A DNA stretch of 32,000 nucleotides from Dickeya solani IPO 2222 (GTDB lineage Bacteria > Pseudomonadota > Gammaproteobacteria > Enterobacterales > Enterobacteriaceae), in assembly GCF_001644705.1 (NCBI RefSeq), contig NZ_CP015137.1, positions 1,560,001-1,592,000 on the forward strand, written 5' to 3'. Positions 19,534 to 27,210 of the stretch are shown here, one piece after another. The position numbers and the translations under genes are program-made. Position 1 is the first letter of the stretch. Each line of letters begins with the position of its first letter. The notes below the pieces were generated by a model that saw only the letters and a program-made list of their open reading frames with translations, was not told where the DNA came from and did not search any database.

Positions 19534-20796
19534 ATGATTTCTGTTGGAATTGAAGCGATAAACGCATTTTGTGGTACCAGCTACATTAATGTCAGAGATC
19601 TGGCTCAACACCGCCAGCTAGATATGTCCCGTTTTGATAATCTCTTGATGAAGCAAAAAACGGTGAGTTTGCCTTGTGAAGATCCTGTCAGCTTTGCCGT
19701 CAATGCAGCAAAACCCATTGTGGATTCGTTAAGTGAGCAAGAAAAAAACAGCATTGAACTGTTGATCACCTGTACAGAATCAGGAATCGACTTCGGCAAA
19801 TCAATCAGTACCTATGTTCACCACTATCTGGGGCTAAAGCGAAACTGTCGCTTGTTCGAATTGAAAACTGCCTGTTACTCCGGTGTTGCCGGCTTGCAAA
19901 TGGCTGTCAATACAATCCTTTCCCAGACATCTCCCGGCAGCAAAGCTTTAGTTATTGCCACAGATATGACGCGCTTTATTCTGGAGGAAGAAAACGGTGA
20001 CCATACCAGCCAGGACTGGTCTTTTGCCGAGCCGAGCGGTGGCTCCGGCGCTGTTGCCATGCTGGTCAGCGACTCCCCTCACGTTTTTCAGATCGATGTG
20101 GGTGCAAACGGCTATTACGGTTATGAAGTGATGGATACATGCAGGCCTGTCCCGGATAGAGAAACCGGCGATTCGGATCTGTCATTACTGGCTTATCTGG
20201 AATGTTGTGAAAAGGCCTACCTGGAGTACGAAAAACGCGTTGCTGGCATTGATTATGTCAACACATTTGGTTATCTGGCATTCCATACGCCTTTCGGTGG
20301 AATGGTCAAAGGCGCTCACCGTAACATGATGCGTAAACTGATTCGCGCCACCCCCCAGGATACAGAAGCCGATTTTAATCGTCGCGTGGCTCCTGGGCTG
20401 AATTATTGTCAGCGCGTCGGTAATATCATGGGGGCAACATTAGCACTTTCCCTGCTCAGCACCTTGTCGAATGCGGATATTCAGTCACCACAGCGGATTG
20501 GGTGTTTTTCTTACGGTTCTGGATGTTGTTCCGAGTTTTTCAGTGGTGTCGTTACCCCTGAAGGCTGTCAGCGTGTAAGACAGCTGGAAATCGGGGCTCA
20601 TCTTGACAGACGCCGCGAACTGACGATGAGTGAATATGACGCGCTGCTTTACGGCAACCATGGGGTCCGCTTCGGTACCCAAAATGTCACTCTGGACCTG
20701 AGTCATTTCCCCCAGATCCATTCCGCTACCCAGAAAGCCCGTCATCTCGTACTGAGCCGAATCAACGAATTTCACCGTGAATATGAGTGGGTCTGA
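19534..20796 (+). CDS. HMG-CoA synthase homologue (PksG/CurD-type beta-branching HMGS)
   Basis: 420 aa. ELKTACYSGVAGLQ (catalytic Cys), LAFHTPFGGMV, CFSYGSGCCSEFFSG. AGAGGGA Shine-Dalgarno sequence upstream. Confidence 0.92.
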   Translation: MISVGIEAINAFCGTSYINVRDLAQHRQLDMSRFDNLLMKQKTVSLPCEDPVSFAVNAAKPIVDSLSEQEKNSIELLITCTESGIDFGKSISTYVHHYLGLKRNCRLFELKTACYSGVAGLQMAVNTILSQTSPGSKALVIATDMTRFILEEENGDHTSQDWSFAEPSGGSGAVAMLVSDSPHVFQIDVGANGYYGYEVMDTCRPVPDRETGDSDLSLLAYLECCEKAYLEYEKRVAGIDYVNTFGYLAFHTPFGGMVKGAHRNMMRKLIRATPQDTEADFNRRVAPGLNYCQRVGNIMGATLALSLLSTLSNADIQSPQRIGCFSYGSGCCSEFFSGVVTPEGCQRVRQLEIGAHLDRRRELTMSEYDALLYGNHGVRFGTQNVTLDLSHFPQIHSATQKARHLVLSRINEFHREYEWV

Positions 20797-20798
20797 CA

Positions 20799-21575
20799 AT
20801 GCCATCTTATCAAACAATCCGGTTAAGGCAGGAAGGGGCCGTGTTGTACTTGCAGATATACCGACCTGAAGCCAGTAACACCATCAATGAAAACTTTGCA
20901 ATAGAGTGCCGGGAGGTTATCCGGCAATACCGGGATAAAATCAGTATATTAGTCGTTGAAGGATTACCTGAAGTCTTTTGCTTTGGCGCTGATTTGCAGG
21001 CAATAGAGCAAGGCAACATTGCCGGCAACGGCAGTAGTGGTCGTCCCCAGGATCCAGAGATCCTTTATGAGGTCTGGCAAGATATGATGAGCGGACCTTA
21101 CATCAGCATCGCTCATGTCAGAGGCAAAGCCAACGCGGGAGGAATAGGTTTCGTTGCCGCCAGTGATATCGTCATTGCAGACACTGGAGCCATGTTCAGC
21201 CTGTCTGAAATGTTGTTCGGTTTGCTGCCTGCCTGTGTACTTCCCTTTCTGGTACACAAGATAGGGAAACAAAAAGCTCACTATATGACGTTAATGACAA
21301 AACCCGTGTCAGCAGAACAGGCTCACAACTGGGGTTTAGTCGACGACTACGGTGACAACAGTGACTTGATTCTCAAAAAGCACATACAACGGCTCAACTG
21401 CTTATCAAAACGCGCCATTGCTCGCTACAAATCATACATGAGTGAGCTGGATACTATTACCCGAGATCAAAAACCTGCAGCCCTGGCTCTGAATGTGGAA
21501 ATTTTTTCCGATCAGGAAAACCTCAGCAAAATATCCCGTTACATCCAAACGGGAAAATACCCTTGGGAGGCATAA
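20799..21575 (+). CDS. enoyl-CoA hydratase/crotonase ECH1 (dehydratase, PksH/CurE type)
   Basis: VLYLQIYRPEASNTIN...EVFCFGADLQ...VRGKANAGGIGFVAASDIVIAD. ATG 20799 lies 2 nt after the HMGS stop; the ORF track's alternative start is GTG 20787. Confidence 0.85.
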   Translation: MPSYQTIRLRQEGAVLYLQIYRPEASNTINENFAIECREVIRQYRDKISILVVEGLPEVFCFGADLQAIEQGNIAGNGSSGRPQDPEILYEVWQDMMSGPYISIAHVRGKANAGGIGFVAASDIVIADTGAMFSLSEMLFGLLPACVLPFLVHKIGKQKAHYMTLMTKPVSAEQAHNWGLVDDYGDNSDLILKKHIQRLNCLSKRAIARYKSYMSELDTITRDQKPAALALNVEIFSDQENLSKISRYIQTGKYPWEA

Positions 21576-21580
21576 AGAGA

Positions 21581-22330
21581 ATGTCCACAAATGTCGTTGA
21601 TTTTCAGGAAATAGAGCCGGGTATTGTTCACATAAAAATGCAGGACAGGGCCCATAAAAACACGTTCTCCCGCGCATTGATCCACGAGTTGATCCAGATA
21701 TTCAAACATATCGAAACGTCAGAACAATATAAGGCGGTCATTCTGACAGGTTACGACAGCTATTTTGCTACAGGAGGAACCCAGGAAGATCTGTTTGCCT
21801 TACAGGAAGGAAAAGGAAAATTCACTGATACCAACATTTACAGCTTACCTCTGGAGTGCCCAATTCCGGTCATTTCCGCTATGCAGGGACACGCCGTCGG
21901 AGGTGGTCTGGTGATGGGGCTGTTTGCCGACTTTGTAATTATGAGTCAGGAAAGCATTTATACAGCCAATTTTATGAAATACGGCTTCACTCCCGGCATG
22001 GGGGGAACACTTATCGTACCCGAAAAACTGGGACTGGCTCTGGGACAAGAGATGTTGATGCTGGGTAATAACTATCGGGGTGAGGAGTTGAAGCGACGAG
22101 GAATTCCCTTTCCGGTTTACCCAAGGGAACAGGTTGCAGAAGCAGCCTTGTACAGCGCCAGGGATCTGGTCAAAAAGCCACGGACATCACTCATCACGTT
22201 AAAAGATCACCTGACTCAGCATCTTCGGGCTAAGTTACCAAAGTACACAGCACAGGAAGTCATCATGCATGAGAAGACCTTTTTTCAGCAGGAAGTCAGA
22301 CAAAACATCTCCAACTTATTCAGCAACTAA
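21581..22330 (+). CDS. enoyl-CoA hydratase/crotonase ECH2 (decarboxylase, PksI type)
   Basis: IVHIKMQDRAHKNTFS...VILTGYDSYFATGG...ISAMQGHAVGGGLVMGLFADFVIMS...FMKYGFTPGMGGT. ATG 21581 lies 5 nt after the ECH1 stop; the ORF track's alternative start is TTG 21563. Confidence 0.88.
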   Translation: MSTNVVDFQEIEPGIVHIKMQDRAHKNTFSRALIHELIQIFKHIETSEQYKAVILTGYDSYFATGGTQEDLFALQEGKGKFTDTNIYSLPLECPIPVISAMQGHAVGGGLVMGLFADFVIMSQESIYTANFMKYGFTPGMGGTLIVPEKLGLALGQEMLMLGNNYRGEELKRRGIPFPVYPREQVAEAALYSARDLVKKPRTSLITLKDHLTQHLRAKLPKYTAQEVIMHEKTFFQQEVRQNISNLFSN

Positions 22331-22446
22331 GTGAATTCAGCACACCCTTCCCAAAATGGGGGGAGTACTGACTACCATCGGGTTATCGGTCGGCAGTTTT
22401 CTGGAAAACTGCAACCTCAAGCTTATGGCCACAAGCAATCTTTTCA

Positions 22447-23055
22447 CTAAAACATAACTGACACCGATTTATAAAACATTGAAGCAGCGAAAAGGGAGAT
22501 AACGAGCGAAGCGCCGCGATAAAACAATTTCGGTTTTAGTCTGTGCTGACTTGAAGCGTCACTGAGACTCATCAACGTGCCGAAGTAGATCCATATAAAA
22601 GAAATTGGCAACAATGCCAACAACAGACAAAGCATCGCCTGAATATAACTGTTTTGATATATGAAAGCTGACGGAGGAATGATGGAATCAGCAAACACAA
22701 AGGCTTTTGGGTTGAGTAAGGTCGTGATAAAGACAGTACTGAAAGTGATCTTTCCGTTAGTTTGATGCAGCGAAAAATTCCACACTTTTATTGCCAAATA
22801 GATGACGTAAAATGCTGATAAAAATTTAATGACGCTCAGCACCGGATTTCCATGTTGGGATAAATAGTTAAATAATAGCCCCCATGCAGTGACGGCCAAT
22901 AGATACCCGAGCCATTCTGATAAAGTCAGTTTTATACTTTTAACAAAACCTTGGGTATAACCAGAGCAAAGAAGCAATGTGTTGGTCGGTCCTGGAATGC
23001 TCAGAAATAACGCGATGTATAATGCAACATTTATATATTCACTTCCATGAATCAT
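22447..23055 (-). CDS. LysE/RhtB-family small-molecule exporter
   Basis: 202 aa, about six hydrophobic segments. N-terminal LFLSIPGPTNTLLL matches the LysE-family PGP(N/A) motif. Convergent with the cassette. Confidence 0.75.
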   Translation of the reverse strand: MIHGSEYINVALYIALFLSIPGPTNTLLLCSGYTQGFVKSIKLTLSEWLGYLLAVTAWGLLFNYLSQHGNPVLSVIKFLSAFYVIYLAIKVWNFSLHQTNGKITFSTVFITTLLNPKAFVFADSIIPPSAFIYQNSYIQAMLCLLLALLPISFIWIYFGTLMSLSDASSQHRLKPKLFYRGASLVISLFAASMFYKSVSVMF

Positions 23056-23243
23056 TTTGATATTCCCTTTATTAAAGATAATAGCGTGTGGCTTGGTGTT
23101 GTTCCGAGATCAGCACCCCAATATAATCTGCTTCCTAAAACAAAACTGCCGCCTTTCTCTCTGATTCGACTAAACCGAACACCTTGTGTGATAACTCATT
23201 TAGTTTGTTGATAAAAACCTCTCAACGTCACGATAAAAAATAA

Positions 23244-23904
23244 AAACATTTATTAAAAAAACAAACAACATCTATCAAAATCAGAAAAAATAAAATAATT
23301 AATAATATAACCCAAATCATTCGAGTTGCATTGGCCATTCAGGGCAAGGCGAGTAACGAGCGTTGTCATGCGGCGACGCAACGAATTCCCAGGAGCTGAC
23401 ATAAGTAGGTGACTGGGGTGAGCAAGGACAACCGACACACCTACAACCTGAAGTATGACGGGTATAACCAGAAATATTTCCCTTAATGAGCTTTCCAGGT
23501 TATCAGGCATGTCGAAATCAACCTTGCCCAGACTGGAGTCTAATAACTCAAATTCGTGAATCGATGCATTGAATGCTATTGACAACCCCCTGCAAGTACC
23601 CTTAAGCGATTGGCCTGCTATTAATACCAGCTCTTACCTTTATATGGGAAAAAACACGCCAATACAAGGAGGATACGCCTAAAAGATGAAACTCCGCATC
23701 GGACTGAACAATGCCTCTAAAATATGACATTTGCCAATAAATCCCGGTGTCATTATCAATAGCCGTATATGTATCTGGAAACATGAACATATTCTGATGC
23801 ATTCCGGTTCATTAATGCCTAAACTTACCGATGATGAAGGCATCGAGCTTAAAGCGGGCAATTTTATTTTTTTCGGAAACATATCTTATTCATATATATC
23901 TTAA
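23244..23904 (+). pseudogene. XRE-family HTH + cupin transcriptional regulator, inactivated (ERIC insertion, three in-frame stops, no start codon)
   Basis: A single frame reads ...SIKIRKNKIINNIT [ERIC 23306-23466] RNISLNELSRLSGMSKSTLPRLESNNSNS*(TGA 23557)IDALNAIDNPLQVPLSDW...GGYA*(TAA 23680)...*(TGA 23725)HLPINPGVIINS..WKHEHILMHSGSLMPKLTDDEGIELKAGNFIFFGN, ending at TAA 23902. HTH and cupin patterns are both recognisable. Confidence 0.6.
23306..23466. repeat. ERIC/IRU element, long (~161 bp) variant
   Basis: tataacccaaatcattcgagttgca...gaattcccaggagctgacataagtaggtgactggggtgagcaaggac...ctacaacctgaagtatgacgggtata. Strong match to the ERIC core, with inverted ends. Confidence 0.8.
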
Positions 23905-23945
23905 ATAGTTCGAGTTGCAAGACAACACGCTGGCGTGTTGAACAA
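23895..23945. repeat. ERIC-like left-end fragment
   Basis: tatatcttaaatagttcgagttgcaag shares the left terminal ~25 nt with the two full copies, then diverges into the small palindrome caacacgc-tgg-cgtgttg. Confidence 0.4.
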
Positions 23946-24123
23946 CATCAAAAGCGATACACATCTCCCGGCCTTTGAGATGATGTGCGCTTTTGCACGC
24001 GTTCTTAATATGCCTGAAGGCTATTGTTATACTGTCGATGACAGCTTCGCAGAATTCATTCTGAAGTTATATGAAGGCGAAGTCGTTCAGTGGAAAAGAG
24101 ATCAACCGTTCAACACAGAGTAA
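23935..24123 (+). CDS. 62-aa hypothetical; resembles the C-terminal half of an XRE-type regulator (probable gene remnant)
   Basis: GTG-started ORF MLNNIKSDTHLPAFEMMCAFARVLNMPEGYCYTVDDSFAEFI.... The pattern P..e.l..iA.vLn.p.gYfY..dD..Ae.I is typical of the region following an HTH, but no HTH is present upstream. Followed by a good terminator. Confidence 0.35.
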   Translation: MLNNIKSDTHLPAFEMMCAFARVLNMPEGYCYTVDDSFAEFILKLYEGEVVQWKRDQPFNTE

Positions 24124-24150
24124 CTCCATGTAGAAACGACGAGCAGAAAC

Positions 24151-24175
24151 AAAAAAACCACCTTTCGGTGGTTTT
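24151..24175. terminator. bidirectional rho-independent terminator
   Basis: aaaaaaaccacc-tttc-ggtggtttt: GC-containing stem flanked by an A-run and a T-run. Serves the small plus-strand ORF and the minus-strand tRNA. Confidence 0.6.
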
Positions 24176-24211
24176 CTGCATTATGCAGATGACTCTCTGC
24201 ACAACTGAATT

Positions 24212-24287
<76 letters not shown>

Positions 24288-24335
24288 TTGGGTGAGTCAT
24301 AACGCGGCACGGTGTGCTGTCGTTATGTGGGGCGC

Positions 24336-24363
24336 ATTATACGAAAAACGTTTCGTCTCGCAA
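24336..24363 (-). promoter_or_regulatory. sigma70 promoter for the tRNA-Gly gene
   Basis: Minus strand: TTGCGA (24363-24358), 16-nt spacer, TATAAT (24341-24336), then the GC-rich discriminator GCGCCCC typical of stringently controlled stable-RNA promoters. Confidence 0.55.
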
Positions 24364-24469
24364 CCCCTTAAATGAAAAATACGGTTCAACCGCTGACAAA
24401 ACCGGCAGCTCGCAGAAAAAAACCGCTACCGCCGATTTTCCACTCGGCCCTGAGCACAAGTTTCCCGCA

Positions 24470-25012
24470 CTACAACTGAATGAAATGCTCGCGGTAGTAA
24501 GCCAGTTCCGCCACCGACTCGCGGATATCGTCCAGCGCCTGATGGGTGTTGCGCTTTTTGAACCCGGCCAGCATCTCCGGTTTCCAGCGGCGCGCCAGTT
24601 CCTTGAGCGTGCTGACGTCCAGATAGCGGTAGTGGAAGTAGGCTTCCAGTTCCGGCATGTAACGGAACAGAAAACGCCGGTCCTGCCCGATGCTATTGCC
24701 GCAAATCGGCGATTTGCCCGCCGGCACCCACTGCTGCAGGAACGCGATGGTTTCCCGTTCCGCGGCACCTTCGGCAAAGGTGCTGGCTTTAACCCGATCC
24801 ACCAGCCCGCTGGCGGTGTGAGTGCGCACGTTCCAGTCATCCATCAACGCCAGTTGGCTGTCCGGCTGATGCACCGCCAGCGTTGGGCCTTCCGCCAGTA
24901 CGTTCAGGTTGGCATCGGTCACCAGCGTTGCGATCTCGATGATCCGATCCCGCTCGGGATCCAGCCCCGTCATTTCCAAATCGATCCAGATCAGGTTGTT
25001 TTCATTTACCAT
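24470..25012 (-). CDS. orn: oligoribonuclease
   Basis: [35 protein letters not shown]...[11 protein letters not shown]...[12 protein letters not shown] is collinear with E. coli Orn. The ORF track extends to 25027 (MGMATM...). I chose Met at 25012 by N-terminal alignment (E. coli MSANENN); the start is uncertain by 15 nt. Confidence 0.93.
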   Translation of the reverse strand: MVNENNLIWIDLEMTGLDPERDRIIEIATLVTDANLNVLAEGPTLAVHQPDSQLALMDDWNVRTHTASGLVDRVKASTFAEGAAERETIAFLQQWVPAGKSPICGNSIGQDRRFLFRYMPELEAYFHYRYLDVSTLKELARRWKPEMLAGFKKRNTHQALDDIRESVAELAYYREHFIQL

Positions 25013-25146
25013 CGTCGCCATTCCCATGGGGTTTCGCCGCCAGCGGGCTGACAGCCCTACTGGCGGCGGTTAATTAAAATAAAATAGCGTGTATTATAGT
25101 CGCTTCCATCGCCACCGGCGATAAGCGCCGAACCAAGAGAGACTGC

Positions 25147-26196
25147 GTGAGTAAAAAGAAACTGTCAAAAGGTCAGCAACGGCGGGTCAGCGCCAACCAT
25201 CAGCGCCGCCTGAAACATGCCGACAGTAAGATCGAGTGGGATGACAGCCAACTGAGCGAACCGCAGGAAGGCATCATCATCAGCCGTTTCGGCATGCACG
25301 CCGATGTGGAAGCGCCGAATGGCGAGCTGCACCGCTGCAACATTCGCCGCACCATCCACTCACTGGTCACCGGCGATCGGGTGGTCTGGCGCGCCGGCAA
25401 CGAAACGCTGGCCGGCATCAGCGGCATCGTCGAAGCGGTGCACCCGCGCCAGTCGGTGCTGACCCGCCCGGACTACTATGACGGTATCAAACCCATCGCC
25501 GCCAACATCGACCAGATTGTGATTGTCTCCGCCATTCTGCCGGAACTGTCGCTCAATATTATCGATCGTTATCTGGTGGCCTGCGAAACGCTGGAAATCG
25601 AGCCGCTGATCGTGCTCAACAAAATCGACCTGCTGGATGACGAAGGCCGGGCGTTTGTGGAAGAGGTGATGGATATCTATCGCGCGCTGCATTACCGGGT
25701 GTTGATGATGTCCAGCCACAGCCAGCAGGGCGTCGCCGAGCTGGAAGCTGCGCTTACCGGCCGGATCAGTATCTTCGCCGGTCAGTCTGGCGTCGGTAAA
25801 TCGAGCCTGCTCAACTCGCTGCTCTACCCTGACGGCGCCAAAATTCTGGTCAACGACGTATCCAACGCTTCCGGGCTGGGCCAGCACACCACCACCGCCG
25901 CTCGTCTGTACCATTTCCCGCACGGCGGCGATGTCATCGACTCGCCGGGCGTGCGCGAATTCGGGCTGTGGCACCTGGAGCCGGAACAGGTCACGCGCGG
26001 TTTTATCGAGTTCCGCGAATACCTGGGCAGTTGCAAATTCCGCGACTGCAAACACGACACCGACCCCGGCTGTGCCATTCACGCCGCGCTGGAACGCGGT
26101 GAGATCGCACCGGAGCGTTTCGATAATTATCACCGTATCCTTGAGAGCATGGCGCAGGTAAAAACGCGTAAATCCTTTTCTACTCCGGATAACTGA
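25147..26196 (+). CDS. rsgA: ribosome small-subunit-dependent GTPase A
   Basis: GTG start. [22 protein letters not shown]..., [14 protein letters not shown] (P-loop), [15 protein letters not shown] zinc motif. Collinear with E. coli RsgA. Confidence 0.95.
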   Translation: MSKKKLSKGQQRRVSANHQRRLKHADSKIEWDDSQLSEPQEGIIISRFGMHADVEAPNGELHRCNIRRTIHSLVTGDRVVWRAGNETLAGISGIVEAVHPRQSVLTRPDYYDGIKPIAANIDQIVIVSAILPELSLNIIDRYLVACETLEIEPLIVLNKIDLLDDEGRAFVEEVMDIYRALHYRVLMMSSHSQQGVAELEAALTGRISIFAGQSGVGKSSLLNSLLYPDGAKILVNDVSNASGLGQHTTTAARLYHFPHGGDVIDSPGVREFGLWHLEPEQVTRGFIEFREYLGSCKFRDCKHDTDPGCAIHAALERGEIAPERFDNYHRILESMAQVKTRKSFSTPDN

Positions 26197-26266
26197 CATT
26201 TATCGTATCCACCGCTACAATGCGCCCCTTTTTATGGCGTACCCTAAAAAAACAACGAGGCCCACA

Positions 26267-27181
26267 GTGCTGGACAGAATCAAGATTGCGCTACAACATC
26301 TGCTCCCGAAAGTCTGGCTGACGCAGTTGGCCGGCTGGGGAGCCGACCGCCAGGCCGGCATGCTCACCAAACTGGTGATTGACCTGTTTGCCCGCATCTA
26401 TAAGGTCAATATGCAGGACGCGCAGCAGCCGGACACCGCGTCCTACCGCTCGTTCAACGACTTCTTTGTGCGCCCGCTGAAACTCGGTATTCGTCCGGTG
26501 GACCCGCTGCCAAACCGGCTGGTGTTGCCTGCCGACGGCACCATTTCCCAGTTGGGCACCATTGACGACGACCGGATCCTGCAGGCCAAACAGCACGATT
26601 ACACGCTGGAAGCGCTGCTGGCCGGCAACTACATTATTGCCGACCTGTTTCGCGACGGCCTGTTTGTCACCACCTATCTCTCCCCGCGTGATTACCACCG
26701 CGTCCACATGCCGTGCGACGGCATTTTACGCGACATGATTTACGTGCCGGGCGACCTGTTTTCTGTCAACCCACTGACGGCCGCCAATGTGCCGAACCTG
26801 TTTGCCCGCAACGAACGCGTGATCTGCCTGTTCGATACGCCGTTTGGGCCGATGGTGCAGATTCTGGTCGGCGCCACCATCGTCGGTAGCATCGAAACCG
26901 TCTGGGCAGGTGTGGTCACGCCGCCGCGCGAAGGCATCATCAAACGCTGGGCCTATCCGATGGAAGGCGAAGGCGCGGTGATTCTGGAGAAAGGCGACGA
27001 AATGGGGCGTTTCAAACTCGGTTCCACGGTGATTAACCTGTTCGCAAAAGACCGTGTGCAATTGATGCCTGGACTGACCAGCCAAAGCGTAACCCGCATG
27101 GGTGAAGCCATGGCTGAAGCGCTGGATGAGGACATTCTGGCAGGCATGAGCGCCAACGACGACACTGATACCACCCCCTGA
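26267..27181 (+). CDS. psd: phosphatidylserine decarboxylase proenzyme
   Basis: [23 protein letters not shown] (LGST self-cleavage site). Collinear with E. coli Psd. GTG 26267 (GAGG 6 nt upstream) fits the E. coli N-terminus better than the track's ATG 26234. Confidence 0.92.
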   Translation: MLDRIKIALQHLLPKVWLTQLAGWGADRQAGMLTKLVIDLFARIYKVNMQDAQQPDTASYRSFNDFFVRPLKLGIRPVDPLPNRLVLPADGTISQLGTIDDDRILQAKQHDYTLEALLAGNYIIADLFRDGLFVTTYLSPRDYHRVHMPCDGILRDMIYVPGDLFSVNPLTAANVPNLFARNERVICLFDTPFGPMVQILVGATIVGSIETVWAGVVTPPREGIIKRWAYPMEGEGAVILEKGDEMGRFKLGSTVINLFAKDRVQLMPGLTSQSVTRMGEAMAEALDEDILAGMSANDDTDTTP

Positions 27182-27210
27182 CCCCATCAATACGCCTGAG
27201 GAGGCCAGCC

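Noticed and set aside
22393-22412. Inverted repeat gcagttttc-tg-gaaaactgc between the convergent ECH2 and LysE genes, considered as a terminator
   Set aside because: The loop is only 2 nt, the stem is AT-rich and no T-tract follows on either strand. It is not supportable as a rho-independent terminator.
23253-23882. Three minus-strand ORFs (23253-23585, 23602-23802, 23679-23882)
   Set aside because: They lie antisense to the XRE-cupin pseudogene and across the ERIC element. They use TTG or other unusual starts and have no recognisable motifs, whereas the plus-strand frame shows clear HTH and cupin patterns.
22331-24211. Search for an integrase, transposase or att-type direct repeat of the tRNA 3' end at the island border
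   Set aside because: Nothing recognisable is present in this window. Only ERIC repeats and regulator remnants are seen, so no mobile-element call beyond ERIC is made.
24314-25051. 245-aa plus-strand ORF and 167-aa minus-strand ORF overlapping orn and the tRNA promoter
   Set aside because: The orn frame on the minus strand is collinear with E. coli Orn. The others are GC-rich shadow frames (Arg/Pro/Ala-rich) with no homology pattern.
26234-26266. N-terminal extension of psd ([11 protein letters not shown]) and the 20-codon extension of epmA (31614-31673)
   Set aside because: The extensions have no counterpart in the E. coli proteins, and better RBS-start pairs exist at GTG 26267 and ATG 31613.
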